Source: an uncultured Gammaproteobacteria bacterium
Lineage (GTDB): Bacteria > Pseudomonadota > Gammaproteobacteria > Pseudomonadales > Pseudohongiellaceae
DNA length: 64,000 nucleotides
Direction of reading: 5' to 3'
Assembly (NCBI GenBank): GCA_903837345.1
Contig: CAILUG010000020.1
Location: 19,992 to 83,991, forward strand
Below are positions 55,536-64,000 of this stretch, in pieces (within the stretch, counting starts at the first letter, position 1; each line of letters opens with the position of its first letter). A model generated the notes under the pieces. The model did not search any database. It had not been told where the DNA came from and saw only the letters and a program-made list of their open reading frames with translations. The position numbers and the translations under genes were made by a program.

Positions 55536-56510
55536 ATGAAAATCCACAAAATCATCCTTTCTTTGTTCGCCTCCATCCTTTTGGGCGTATTTGCACAGTT
55601 GCAGAGCGCCAGCGCCCAGACCATGCCACCCTCGCCAGCCCTGCCCGACTGTGACCGCAATTGCCTGAACGGGATTGCTGAAAACGTCTTGGCAGCACTG
55701 GTTGCCCATGACCCCAAACGGGTTGCCTGGGCTGACTCAGTCAAGTTCACAGAGAACAATGTACCGCTGCCAATAGGCGATGGCATCTGGGGCACAATTA
55801 CCGGCCTTGGCACCTATAAACTCTATGTCGCAGATGAAAAGTCCGGCGAAGTCGGGTTCTTTGGCCAGGTTCTGGAACCAGGATTCCCATCCCTGATGGC
55901 CATGCGCCTCAAGGTGGTCCACAAAAAGGTCAGTGAAGCAGAGATGGTAGTGCTGCGCATGATCAATGAACCCAAAGGCATCGTCTGGCCCGAGCCGGTG
56001 CTGGAGAACAAGCCCGTCTTTACTGAAACAGTACCCGCTGGCAAACGCCGTGAACGGGAACGACTCATCTCCATCGCCAATGGCTATTTCGATACCCTGC
56101 AACTCAACGATGGCACCCTCTTCACCGAGTTTGCCAGGGATTGTGACCGGGTAGAGAACGGCACCAAGACCACCCACAACTCCAAAGTGGACTTCACTTC
56201 AGTAGGAGCGCTTGGCTGTGAGGAACAATTCAGGCAGGGCAATTACCGCTACGATGACAGATTGCGTGCCAGGCGTTTTCCGCTGGTGGATGAAGACCGC
56301 GGCCTGGTGCTTGCTGCTGCCTTTATTGATCATTCCGGTGTGCTGGGTGAATACACACTTACCGACGGACGCGTGATTAAATCGCCGATTCGCTATCCAC
56401 ATTCTTTCTATCTGCTGGAACTGTTCAAAATCGAGGATGGAAAAATCCGGCAGATTGAATCCGTGTTTGTGACCGTGCCCTATGGCATGGGCTCACCGTG
56501 GCTGCCCTGA
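55536..56510 (+). CDS. Secreted protein of unknown function (paralog of the truncated gene at 63679)
   Basis: Signal peptide MKIHKIILSLFASILLGVFAQLQSASA. It shares DCDRxCL...FxENxVxxPxGxGxWGTI with the 63679 product. I recognise no known family. Confidence 0.65.
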   Translation: MKIHKIILSLFASILLGVFAQLQSASAQTMPPSPALPDCDRNCLNGIAENVLAALVAHDPKRVAWADSVKFTENNVPLPIGDGIWGTITGLGTYKLYVADEKSGEVGFFGQVLEPGFPSLMAMRLKVVHKKVSEAEMVVLRMINEPKGIVWPEPVLENKPVFTETVPAGKRRERERLISIANGYFDTLQLNDGTLFTEFARDCDRVENGTKTTHNSKVDFTSVGALGCEEQFRQGNYRYDDRLRARRFPLVDEDRGLVLAAAFIDHSGVLGEYTLTDGRVIKSPIRYPHSFYLLELFKIEDGKIRQIESVFVTVPYGMGSPWLP

Positions 56511-56511
56511 G

Positions 56512-57405
56512 TTACCTGGTCAGCCAGGCCACCAGCAAACGGATGTCGGTCGCGTCCAGCCTTCCAGCGAAGGACGGCATCTGGCCAGTGCGGCCTTTGG
56601 CGATGCTCAGCTCCACGTCTGCCTGACTGCCGCCGTACAACCAGATATTGTCATTGAGCCGCGGCGCACCCAGCAACTGGTTGCCGCTGCCATCAGCACC
56701 GTGGCACGCGATGCAAAATTGCATGAACACGGCATGTCCCGGCAAGTCATCTGCTTGTGGCGTGCCAAGTGCGCGCACATAGCTGGCCACTTGTTTGACC
56801 TTCTCCTCACCCAGCACACTCAGCCAGGGAATCATCACCGCATTACGACCAGCAGTGATGGTTTGGGTAATTTGTTCGGGCGTACTGCCCCATAACCAGT
56901 CACTGTCACGCAAATTCGGGAACAGGTTATGCTGCCCTTTCGCATCAGCGCCATGGCAGGCAGCACAGTTGTCGGCAAACAGACGTGCGGCACTCGACAT
57001 GGCTACAGTGTCTTGTGCAAGAGTGGCATAGGGTGTTTCAGCCAAGGCATGCCGCGCCGGGTCATGCACAGTCGCGAACTCGGCATGATGTTGTTCATAT
57101 TGGCTTTGCTGGGACCAATGCAACGCACCTGCATAAGAGCCAAGGCCCGGATACAGCATCAGATACATGACACAAAACACCATCAGCGCCAGGATCAGCC
57201 AGAACCACCACAGTGGCGCCGGATTGTTGCCTTCACTGAGATCGCTGTCCCATACCGGCGCCTCAGCGGCTTCTTCATGCGGCTGTTTGCCGAAATATAT
57301 GCCGAATATCAGCATCACCAGCCCGGCGAAACCGACAATGGCAAGCCCGACTATCCAGCCGCTCCAAAAATCAGTGGGCATATCAGCCATGCTCATCTTC
57401 CTCAA
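56512..57405 (-). CDS. ccoP: cbb3-type cytochrome c oxidase subunit III (diheme)
   Basis: An N-terminal membrane helix and two CxxCH motifs (CAACH, CIACH). It is the last gene of ccoNOQP. Alternative starts lie at 57396 and 57390. Confidence 0.9.
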   Translation of the reverse strand: MRKMSMADMPTDFWSGWIVGLAIVGFAGLVMLIFGIYFGKQPHEEAAEAPVWDSDLSEGNNPAPLWWFWLILALMVFCVMYLMLYPGLGSYAGALHWSQQSQYEQHHAEFATVHDPARHALAETPYATLAQDTVAMSSAARLFADNCAACHGADAKGQHNLFPNLRDSDWLWGSTPEQITQTITAGRNAVMIPWLSVLGEEKVKQVASYVRALGTPQADDLPGHAVFMQFCIACHGADGSGNQLLGAPRLNDNIWLYGGSQADVELSIAKGRTGQMPSFAGRLDATDIRLLVAWLTR

Positions 57406-57526
57406 TCAACGGAATATTGGCACTGAAATCCAGCAACTCTTTGGATGAGCGCATAGACACCCAAACCACCAGCACCGTCATGAACAGCATGACCAGCAAA
57501 TCACCTGCAAATATGAACAAGGCCAT
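57383..57526 (-). CDS. ccoQ: cbb3-type cytochrome c oxidase subunit CcoQ
   Basis: 47-aa single-helix peptide (MALFIFAGDLLVMLFMTVLVVWV...) between ccoO and ccoP. Called mainly from position and hydrophobicity. Confidence 0.6.
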   Translation of the reverse strand: MALFIFAGDLLVMLFMTVLVVWVSMRSSKELLDFSANIPLIEEDEHG

Positions 57527-57527
57527 G

Positions 57528-58169
57528 TCAGTGTCCTCCTGCCTGGGTGGCGGCTGCGTCATAACCGGTGCCCAGCATCTGCAGGTATGCAATCAGTGCA
57601 TCGATTTCCCGCAAGCCCTGCAATGAAGCAACCGCCCCCTTGACATCATCTTCCGAATAAGGATGGCCAAGTCGCTGCAACACTCGCAGCTTGGCTTCAA
57701 TGTTGCCGGTATCGCTGGCCATCTGCGTAGCCAGCCACGGATAGGACGGCATGATGGATTCGGGTACGACACTGCGCGGATCGAGTATATGCAGCTCATG
57801 CCAGACATTGGTGTACTTGCCACCGATGCGCTGCAGGTCAGGACCTGTGCGTTTGGAGCCCCACAGGAACGGACGATCATAAACAAACTCGGCAGCTTGC
57901 GAGGCCGGGCCGTAGCGCGCCACTTCTGCCAGCAGCGGTCGAACCTGCTGCGTGTGGCATACGTGGCAACCTTCACGGATGTAAATGTCGCGTCCGGTCA
58001 ATTCGACCGGCGTATAAACCCTTACATTCACACCCGGTGTTTCCAGTGATTTCTCGAAGAGGCTGGGCAAAACTTGCACCAGTCCGCCAATCGACGACAC
58101 CAGCAGGATGCCGAAGATCAGCAGTCCGGTGTTTTCTTCCAGCTTTTTATGCAGGCCAAGAATGCTCAT
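57528..58169 (-). CDS. ccoO: cbb3-type cytochrome c oxidase subunit II (monoheme)
   Basis: From the ATG at 58169 it reads MSILGLHKKLEENTGLL... One CxxCH (CHVCH). The start overlaps the ccoN stop (ATGA). Confidence 0.92.
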   Translation of the reverse strand: MSILGLHKKLEENTGLLIFGILLVSSIGGLVQVLPSLFEKSLETPGVNVRVYTPVELTGRDIYIREGCHVCHTQQVRPLLAEVARYGPASQAAEFVYDRPFLWGSKRTGPDLQRIGGKYTNVWHELHILDPRSVVPESIMPSYPWLATQMASDTGNIEAKLRVLQRLGHPYSEDDVKGAVASLQGLREIDALIAYLQMLGTGYDAAATQAGGH

Positions 58170-59653
58170 GCCTGCGCCTCCACGCCAACCGGCTGCGCAA
58201 CACTTTTGTTGATGCGCCAACGTGCAGGCACAGGCGGGATCAGCACTTTCAATACGTTGGCGCCTTTGATCGTGCGCCACAGGTTGTAAGTCATCATCAG
58301 GGTGCCAGACCAGAAGATGGCTCCGGCAAACAACCGCAATGCGTAATACGGTTTCATGCTGCTCATCACTTCACGGAAACTGAAACTCAGCTCGCCCAGC
58401 GTATTCACGCTCAGCCATAGCAGGCCTTGCGAGATGCCTGCAGCCCACATGGCCAGGATGTAGAGCAAGGTGCCTGCCAATGCCAACACAAAATGGATAT
58501 TGGCCAGACGTGTGCTGTAGAGTTCACGACCAACCAGTCGCGGTACCAGATAATAGAAAGTACCGTAGGTCACCATCGCGTTCCAGCCAAGTGCACCCGA
58601 GTGCACATGGCCGATGGTCCAGTCCGTGAAATGGCTCACCGCATTGACACTGCGAATCGCCAGCATCGGACCTTCAAAAGTGGCGAGCCCGTAAAAGGCC
58701 AGCGACAGTACAATGAATTTCAGCGCCGGATCGCTCTTGAGTTTGGGCCAGGCCTTGCTGACCGTCATGATGCCGTTGACCATGGTTGCCCACGAAGGTG
58801 CCAGCAGCACCAGACTCATCACCATCGCCAGCGACTGCACCCACTCCGGAATCGCGCTGTAATGCAGATGATGGGGTCCAGCCCAGATGTAGCTGTAAGT
58901 GAAAGCCCAGAACGACACCACTGACAAGCGGTAGCTCCAGATCGGCTGCCCTGCATGCTTTGGCAAAAAGTAATAGAGCATGCCGAGGAAACCACCAGTC
59001 AGCAAAAACCCTACGGCATTGTGGCCATACCACCATTCAACGATTGCATCCTGCGCTCCGGCATAAAGGGAATAGGATTTGTCGATAGTAACCGGCACTT
59101 CCAGATTGTTGACGATGTGCAGCATCGCAATGACGATGATCAGGGCACCATAGAACCAGTTGGAAATATAGATGGGGCGGATGCGACGGGTGGCAATGGT
59201 GCCAAAAAACACGATCGCAAATGCGACCCACACCACGGTGATGGCAATATCGAACGGCCATTCCAGCTCGGCATATTCCTTGGTGCTGGTCCAGCCTGCC
59301 AGCAACGACAATCCGCCCAACAGCACTACCACTTGCCAGGCATAGCAGCAGAACCACGCCAGCTTCGGCATGAACAAGGGCACATGGGAAGTGCGCTGCA
59401 CACTGTAGAAAGCCGTGCCCATCAGCGCCGAGACGCCGAACCCGAATATGATGCCGTTGGTATGCACAGGCCTGATGCGGCCGAACGAGAGCCAGAACTG
59501 CCCGAAATCGAGTGTGGGCCACACGAATTCGGCAGCCAGCCACAAACCCACTGCCATCGCCAACACTGCCCACAGCATCGAGAACTGCACCAACCGCATG
59601 ACCACCTTGTCATGGTAATACTCCGCTTCACCCAGCATGCCGTTCCCCTTCAT
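58166..59653 (-). CDS. ccoN: cbb3-type cytochrome c oxidase subunit I
   Basis: About 490-aa polytopic heme-copper oxidase with conserved His ligands (PVHTNG, HHLHYS, IGHVHSGALGW). Confidence 0.93.
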   Translation of the reverse strand: MKGNGMLGEAEYYHDKVVMRLVQFSMLWAVLAMAVGLWLAAEFVWPTLDFGQFWLSFGRIRPVHTNGIIFGFGVSALMGTAFYSVQRTSHVPLFMPKLAWFCCYAWQVVVLLGGLSLLAGWTSTKEYAELEWPFDIAITVVWVAFAIVFFGTIATRRIRPIYISNWFYGALIIVIAMLHIVNNLEVPVTIDKSYSLYAGAQDAIVEWWYGHNAVGFLLTGGFLGMLYYFLPKHAGQPIWSYRLSVVSFWAFTYSYIWAGPHHLHYSAIPEWVQSLAMVMSLVLLAPSWATMVNGIMTVSKAWPKLKSDPALKFIVLSLAFYGLATFEGPMLAIRSVNAVSHFTDWTIGHVHSGALGWNAMVTYGTFYYLVPRLVGRELYSTRLANIHFVLALAGTLLYILAMWAAGISQGLLWLSVNTLGELSFSFREVMSSMKPYYALRLFAGAIFWSGTLMMTYNLWRTIKGANVLKVLIPPVPARWRINKSVAQPVGVEAQA

Positions 59654-59656
59654 GAT

Positions 59657-60262
59657 TCAGATTCCGATGGCGGGCCCGAGCCCGACTGTCCACAGACCCA
59701 CACTGAGTCCGAGCAAACTGACCATCGCCACCAGCAACCAGCCAACAATGGCTGACGCCATCAGCATGCCGCGCTCACCACTGATGCGCAGCACCACCGG
59801 CAAGCCCCGGTAGAGCAATAACATGCTCCATATCACCGCCGGCAACAGTACCAGCAAATTGAAAAAAACCTGGGGATATACATGAGCTACACTGGCGATG
59901 GACAGCGGTGCACACACCACAGTCAACAGTGCCAGATAGTGGCCTGGACCCGCTTCCGCACCGTAAGTGGTGCCCATCCAGCGCGCCAGCAACACGGTGC
60001 TGAAAAAACCAAAGCACAGCAGCAACCAATAAAGAACCGAGATCAGGACAGTTTGGGCGGTTGTCATCAGCAGCGGCTCCGGCATGCCAAGTTGCCAGCC
60101 AAACACACTGCCGCCAATACCTGCAAACAGGGGCGGCAAAGCCAACAGCAGCAGCGTCAACGGCAACACTGAGGCAGCCTGGACATCGGTTTCACTGGAC
60201 AGCTCGCGGAACATCAGTCCGGGCTTAAGCAACACCTTGCAACAAAGTGATTTTGTGATCAT
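59657..60262 (-). CDS. Yip1-like polytopic membrane protein, 3 nt upstream of ccoN
   Basis: About 200 aa with 5 predicted helices. The overall pattern resembles Yip1-domain proteins as I recall them. The start is uncertain (60262 preferred; 60214 and 60337 are also possible). Confidence 0.55.
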   Translation of the reverse strand: MITKSLCCKVLLKPGLMFRELSSETDVQAASVLPLTLLLLALPPLFAGIGGSVFGWQLGMPEPLLMTTAQTVLISVLYWLLLCFGFFSTVLLARWMGTTYGAEAGPGHYLALLTVVCAPLSIASVAHVYPQVFFNLLVLLPAVIWSMLLLYRGLPVVLRISGERGMLMASAIVGWLLVAMVSLLGLSVGLWTVGLGPAIGI

Positions 60263-60319
60263 GACATTTACGATACCAGGGTAACTGTTGCAGTCTAACC
60301 CGAACCCCGTCCAGCCGCC

Positions 60320-60333
60320 TTGACAGGAATCAA
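60320..60333. promoter_or_regulatory. FNR/Anr-type box
   Basis: TTGAC-AGGA-ATCAA matches 9 of 10 positions of TTGAT-N4-ATCAA. On the minus strand a TAGACT -10 hexamer (60297-60292) puts the box centre at about -41.5, the class II geometry. Confidence 0.5.
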
Positions 60334-60462
60334 TCAAGCTCTGGTCATGACCAATATCAGTCGATTAGAGGGCAATGCCAATCAGGCTTTCAGCTCATGG
60401 TCACTCCATCGAAATATCCAGTATCATCAGCCCCCTTCCCGGGGAATCAGAACACCAACAAC

Positions 60463-62691
60463 ATGAACCCTTTCAAATCCTTGCTGCTGGTAGCTTCGGC
60501 ACTTTTGCTGGTTGCTTGCAGCCACCATGATAGTGATAGAACAACCGGGGCTGCGCCTGCCAGTACGCAGCCCACCAGCTTCGGCAATGTCACCCGCGAA
60601 CGTTTGCTCAAGGCCGACCAGGAACCCGGCCAATGGATGACAGAAGGACGTGATCTGGGCAAATCCCACTACTCGGCACTGGCACAGATCAACCTGCAAA
60701 ACGTCAGCCGTCTCGCCCTGGCCTGGGATTACAAAACCGATACGCATCGCGGCATGGAGTCAAATCCGGTCATGGTGGATGGAGTGCTCTACACTTCCGG
60801 CACCACAGGCCGCGTCTACGCCCTGAACGCTGCCACTGGCGAACAGCTCTGGTATTTCAATCCGGAGAGTGATGGCCAGGTGAATCGCTATACCTGCTGC
60901 GATGAAGTCAACCGCGGCATCGCTGTGTGGGAAGGCCTGGTCTATGTCGGCTCGCTCGACGGACGTCTGTTCGCTCTTGATGCAAAATCCGGTGCAGTGA
61001 AGTGGCAAGCAGATACCTTCATTTATAAAAACCGGGCCTACACGTCGAGTGGTGCGCCCCAGATTGCCGGCAACGTGGTAGTGCTTGGCAATGCCGGCGC
61101 CGATTACGACGCGCGCGGGTACGTCAGTGCCTATGATCTCAAGACCGGCGAATTCAAATGGCGCTTCTTTACGGTGCCAGGCGATCCAAACCTGGGATTT
61201 GAACATCCTGAACTGGAGTTGGCTGCAAAAACCTGGGATCCCGACAGTCGTTGGGATGTGGGCGGTGGTGGCACTGCCTGGAACACGATGAGCTACGATC
61301 CGGAATTGAATCTGCTCTACGTCGGTACCGGCAATGCGGCGCTGTTCAACTGGCACGAACGCAGCCCATCCGGCGGGGACAACCTGTTCCTGTGTTCGAT
61401 TCTGGCGATCAATCCGGATACCGGCCGTATGGTCTGGTATTACCAGCAAGTACCGCGTGAAAGCTGGGACTTCACAGCCACCCAACCCTTCATTCTCACT
61501 GACATGGAATTCAACGGCAGCGTGCACAAGGTGATCATGCAGGCACCGAAGGCCGGCTTCTTCTATATCCTGGATCGTGCCAGCGGCAAACTGTTGTCAG
61601 CCAATCCGTATGTTCCCGTGAACTGGGCCTCGCATGTGGATCTGGAAACCGGACGCCCCGCCATGAACCCCGCTGTGGACTACAATCCCGGCCCGATCTT
61701 TGTCGAACCCTCCGGCATGGGTGGCCATGCGTGGAACCCGATGGCTTACAACCCTGCCAACAAACTCGTCTACATTCCGGCCATTGAAGCCGGAGCGATG
61801 AGTTATGACGCTACCGTCGGTCATGTCTATCGCCCCAAACAAGCCAACTCCGGCAATACAATCCTGTTCGGCGATTCGATGCTGACCAATCCGGATCTGT
61901 TGCAGGAGCCGATGAAGTCGGCACTGCGCGCCGTGCAGCAAGCAGGCAAGGCCAACTCACGGGCAGTGTTGAAAGCGTTCGATCCCGCCACCGGCAAGGT
62001 GGTGTGGGAACATCAAAACGAGGGCTGGTGGGATCGGGCCGGTGTGCTTGCCACCGCCGGCGGTCTGGTGTTCCAGGGCACTGACAGCGGTTATCTGAAA
62101 GCCTTCAACCAGAGCACCGGTGAAGAAATCCTGAACCTGAAGGTGGGCACATCCATTATCGCTGCACCTATCACCTACCAGGTCGACGGCGTGCAATACA
62201 TTGCCGTCAACGCGGGCTGGGGTGGTGGAGGCTGGTTTGCACCGCATGAATCCAGCGCCGTGATCAAATATGGCAACCAGGATCGCATCATAGCCTTCAA
62301 ACTTGACGGTGCCCCGGTACCATTGCCACCGGCAACCAGTGCCGTTGGCCCGCTGCCGAAACCGGCAGTCGAGAACAACGCCAGTGCAGATACCATAAGC
62401 GAAGGCCGCCGCCTGTTCGGTGCAAGCTGTGCCATCTGCCACGCCAACAATGACTATGGACTCACGCCTGATCTGCGTCGCATGACCAAGGAAATCCATG
62501 ATGGCTTCAAAGGCATCGTGCTGTTCGGTGCACGCCGCAACAAAGGCATGCCACAATGGGACGATGTGCTCAATGACAAACAGGCCGATGCCATCCACGC
62601 CTATCTGACCGACCTCGCCTGGCAGGCCTACAATGCCCAGCAAGCCAACAACAAACTTGAAACTGCACCTACCAACACCACAGGACACTGA
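60463..62691 (+). CDS. PQQ-dependent quinohemoprotein alcohol dehydrogenase, predicted lipoprotein
   Basis: Lipobox LLLVAC-S. Beta-propeller W-motifs and the vicinal-disulfide signature YTCCDEVNRG of PQQ ADH/MDH active sites. A C-terminal cytochrome c domain carries CAICH. Confidence 0.88.
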   Translation: MNPFKSLLLVASALLLVACSHHDSDRTTGAAPASTQPTSFGNVTRERLLKADQEPGQWMTEGRDLGKSHYSALAQINLQNVSRLALAWDYKTDTHRGMESNPVMVDGVLYTSGTTGRVYALNAATGEQLWYFNPESDGQVNRYTCCDEVNRGIAVWEGLVYVGSLDGRLFALDAKSGAVKWQADTFIYKNRAYTSSGAPQIAGNVVVLGNAGADYDARGYVSAYDLKTGEFKWRFFTVPGDPNLGFEHPELELAAKTWDPDSRWDVGGGGTAWNTMSYDPELNLLYVGTGNAALFNWHERSPSGGDNLFLCSILAINPDTGRMVWYYQQVPRESWDFTATQPFILTDMEFNGSVHKVIMQAPKAGFFYILDRASGKLLSANPYVPVNWASHVDLETGRPAMNPAVDYNPGPIFVEPSGMGGHAWNPMAYNPANKLVYIPAIEAGAMSYDATVGHVYRPKQANSGNTILFGDSMLTNPDLLQEPMKSALRAVQQAGKANSRAVLKAFDPATGKVVWEHQNEGWWDRAGVLATAGGLVFQGTDSGYLKAFNQSTGEEILNLKVGTSIIAAPITYQVDGVQYIAVNAGWGGGGWFAPHESSAVIKYGNQDRIIAFKLDGAPVPLPPATSAVGPLPKPAVENNASADTISEGRRLFGASCAICHANNDYGLTPDLRRMTKEIHDGFKGIVLFGARRNKGMPQWDDVLNDKQADAIHAYLTDLAWQAYNAQQANNKLETAPTNTTGH

Positions 62692-62695
62692 ACTT

Positions 62696-63640
62696 ATGCG
62701 TAACGCATATATAGCAACTCTCGCATTCGCTTTTCTGCTGAGCTCCTGCGTCGGATCCAAGAAGGCGCTGTTGCCCGACATCCAGATCATGGACACCGGG
62801 GTGTTCCCCGAGAGTATCACCTCCTCTGCCAACGGCACCGTGTACGCCGGCAGCACCAAGGGTGTGGTCTATCGCGCTCTGCCAGGTTCAGCGCAGGCCA
62901 CCGCGTGGATCACCCACAACGACCAGAACGGTATGCTTTCGATCCTTGGCGTACTGGCCGACGACAAATCCAACACGCTATGGCTGTGCTCGGCGCCCAA
63001 TTTCTTCGGGCCTGAACTTTCCAAAGGTACCAGTGCTCTCAAAGCCTTCGACCTGCAATCCGGCCGTTTCAAAGGCAGCTTCGATTTGCCACCACCTGCC
63101 AGCGTGTGCAACGACATCACGATTGAGGCTGATGGCAGTGCCTATATATCCGACACCAGCAATGGCCGCATCTTCCGGCTCCGGTCCGGTTCCAGAACAC
63201 TGGATCTGGTCGGCAGCGACCCCTTGCTGGTGGGCATTGATGGCCTCGCCTTCAGCGAAAGCGGCGCACTCTATGTGAACAACGTCCGCACCAACATTTT
63301 GTATCACGTAGTGCTCAAACCCGATGGCAGCATGGGCTCGCTCACACCTCTGAAAATCTCCTACAAACTGGGCGGCCCCGATGGCTTGCGCCGGATCAGG
63401 GGCAGCACCTTCATCCAGGCTGAAAGCGGGATTGGCCGTGTCAGCACCCTTTCCATTGATGGCGACAAAACGCTGATGTCCGTGCTGCGTGATGATCTGG
63501 AATCTTCACCCGGTGCAACTTTGGTCGGCACTACTGTTTATGTGGTGAAATCCAACATCAAATACCTGACGCAACCGGACTTGAAAGGCAAGGAACCACC
63601 ACCAGCCATGCTGCTTGCTGTGCCATTGTCGCTGCCTTGA
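62696..63640 (+). CDS. Lipoprotein with SMP-30/gluconolactonase/LRE-like beta-propeller features
   Basis: Lipobox FLLSSC-V. Repeated blade-like segments (GTVYAGS, GSAYISDTSNGRIFRL, DGLAFSESGALYVNN, PDGLRR). The assignment is by pattern only. Confidence 0.55.
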   Translation: MRNAYIATLAFAFLLSSCVGSKKALLPDIQIMDTGVFPESITSSANGTVYAGSTKGVVYRALPGSAQATAWITHNDQNGMLSILGVLADDKSNTLWLCSAPNFFGPELSKGTSALKAFDLQSGRFKGSFDLPPPASVCNDITIEADGSAYISDTSNGRIFRLRSGSRTLDLVGSDPLLVGIDGLAFSESGALYVNNVRTNILYHVVLKPDGSMGSLTPLKISYKLGGPDGLRRIRGSTFIQAESGIGRVSTLSIDGDKTLMSVLRDDLESSPGATLVGTTVYVVKSNIKYLTQPDLKGKEPPPAMLLAVPLSLP

Positions 63641-63678
63641 TTGTCAGCAATTCATGCAGTTTTGAAACGAGACCTCAC

Positions 63679-64000
63679 ATGAACAGAAAAAACACCATCA
63701 CCAAACATGCCCGCCCCGCCCTGTTGCTGTTGGTCCTCGGCTTTGGCAGTAACGTGCTGGCCCAGGGACCTGGCATGCCGAGCGCTGTTATCAAGGTTGA
63801 TTGTGATCGCAGCTGCCTGATCGACATGGCCCGCAACTACATCAAGGCGCTCGCCAACAAGGATGCTGATCATGCCCGGCTGGCACCGGATGTGGTGTTC
63901 TCGGAAAACGATGTGACGATGCCGGTGGGCAATGACGGTCTGTGGGGCACCATATCCAAAGTGCGCGATGGCGCTCTGGAACTGGCCGATCCACAAACCG
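63679..64000 (+). CDS. Secreted protein of unknown function, 5' part (runs off the window end); paralog of the 55536-56510 product
   Basis: The ATG at 63679 gives MNRKNTITKHARPALLLLVLGFGSNVLAQGPGMPSAVIKVDCDRSCLIDMARNYIKALANKD...VVFSENDVTMPVGNDGLWGTISK. It is not in the ORF track because it is open at the window edge. Confidence 0.6.
   Translation, partial: MNRKNTITKHARPALLLLVLGFGSNVLAQGPGMPSAVIKVDCDRSCLIDMARNYIKALANKDADHARLAPDVVFSENDVTMPVGNDGLWGTISKVRDGALELADPQT

Overview
About 64 kb of a moderately GC-rich gammaproteobacterial chromosome. I saw no rRNA, transposase, integrase, prophage or CRISPR. Positions 1-43 kb are housekeeping backbone whose order mirrors well-known enterobacterial blocks. 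These are sucB(partial)-sucA-sdhBADC divergent from gltA; gltX followed by a tRNA-Ala(GGC)-tRNA-Glu(UUC) operon; arfB; a short PAPS-reductase-like gene, a GNAT and cysG; and serS-crcB-rarA-lolA-ftsK. They continue with a diheme cytochrome c; trxB-aat-bpt-infA convergent with clpA-clpS, then cspD; rluE; moaCDE; nudix-mnmA-hflD-purB-roxA; dusA; a TerB-like gene; an RssB/RssC-like REC-PP2C plus STAS pair; and hrpA. Positions 43-64 kb look accessory and envelope-directed. They hold a VOC protein, a Tat-exported type-B carboxylesterase, an alpha/beta hydrolase, a four-gene operon of signal-peptide proteins of unknown function, and two large TonB-dependent receptors. They also hold a two-copy family of secreted unknowns, a Yip1-like gene fused to ccoNOQP behind an FNR-type box, and a lipoprotein quinohemoprotein PQQ alcohol dehydrogenase with a beta-propeller lipoprotein. 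Three observations are most worth follow-up. (1) The exported operon at 46.2-49.1 kb contains one gene that fuses a DUF6152-like domain to a second unknown domain, followed by the same two domains as separate genes in the same order. Both DUF6152-like copies would expose His-His at the mature N-terminus. (2) A roughly 108-nt unannotated element occurs twice (8413-8522 and 42856-42960). The copies align without gaps, share a conserved 5' block and a conserved hairpin loop, and have fully compensatory stems. (3) The tRNA operon has a consensus promoter but unusual short tandem repeats in its leader and spacer. All functional calls come from reading the translations and motifs by eye; no database search was possible.
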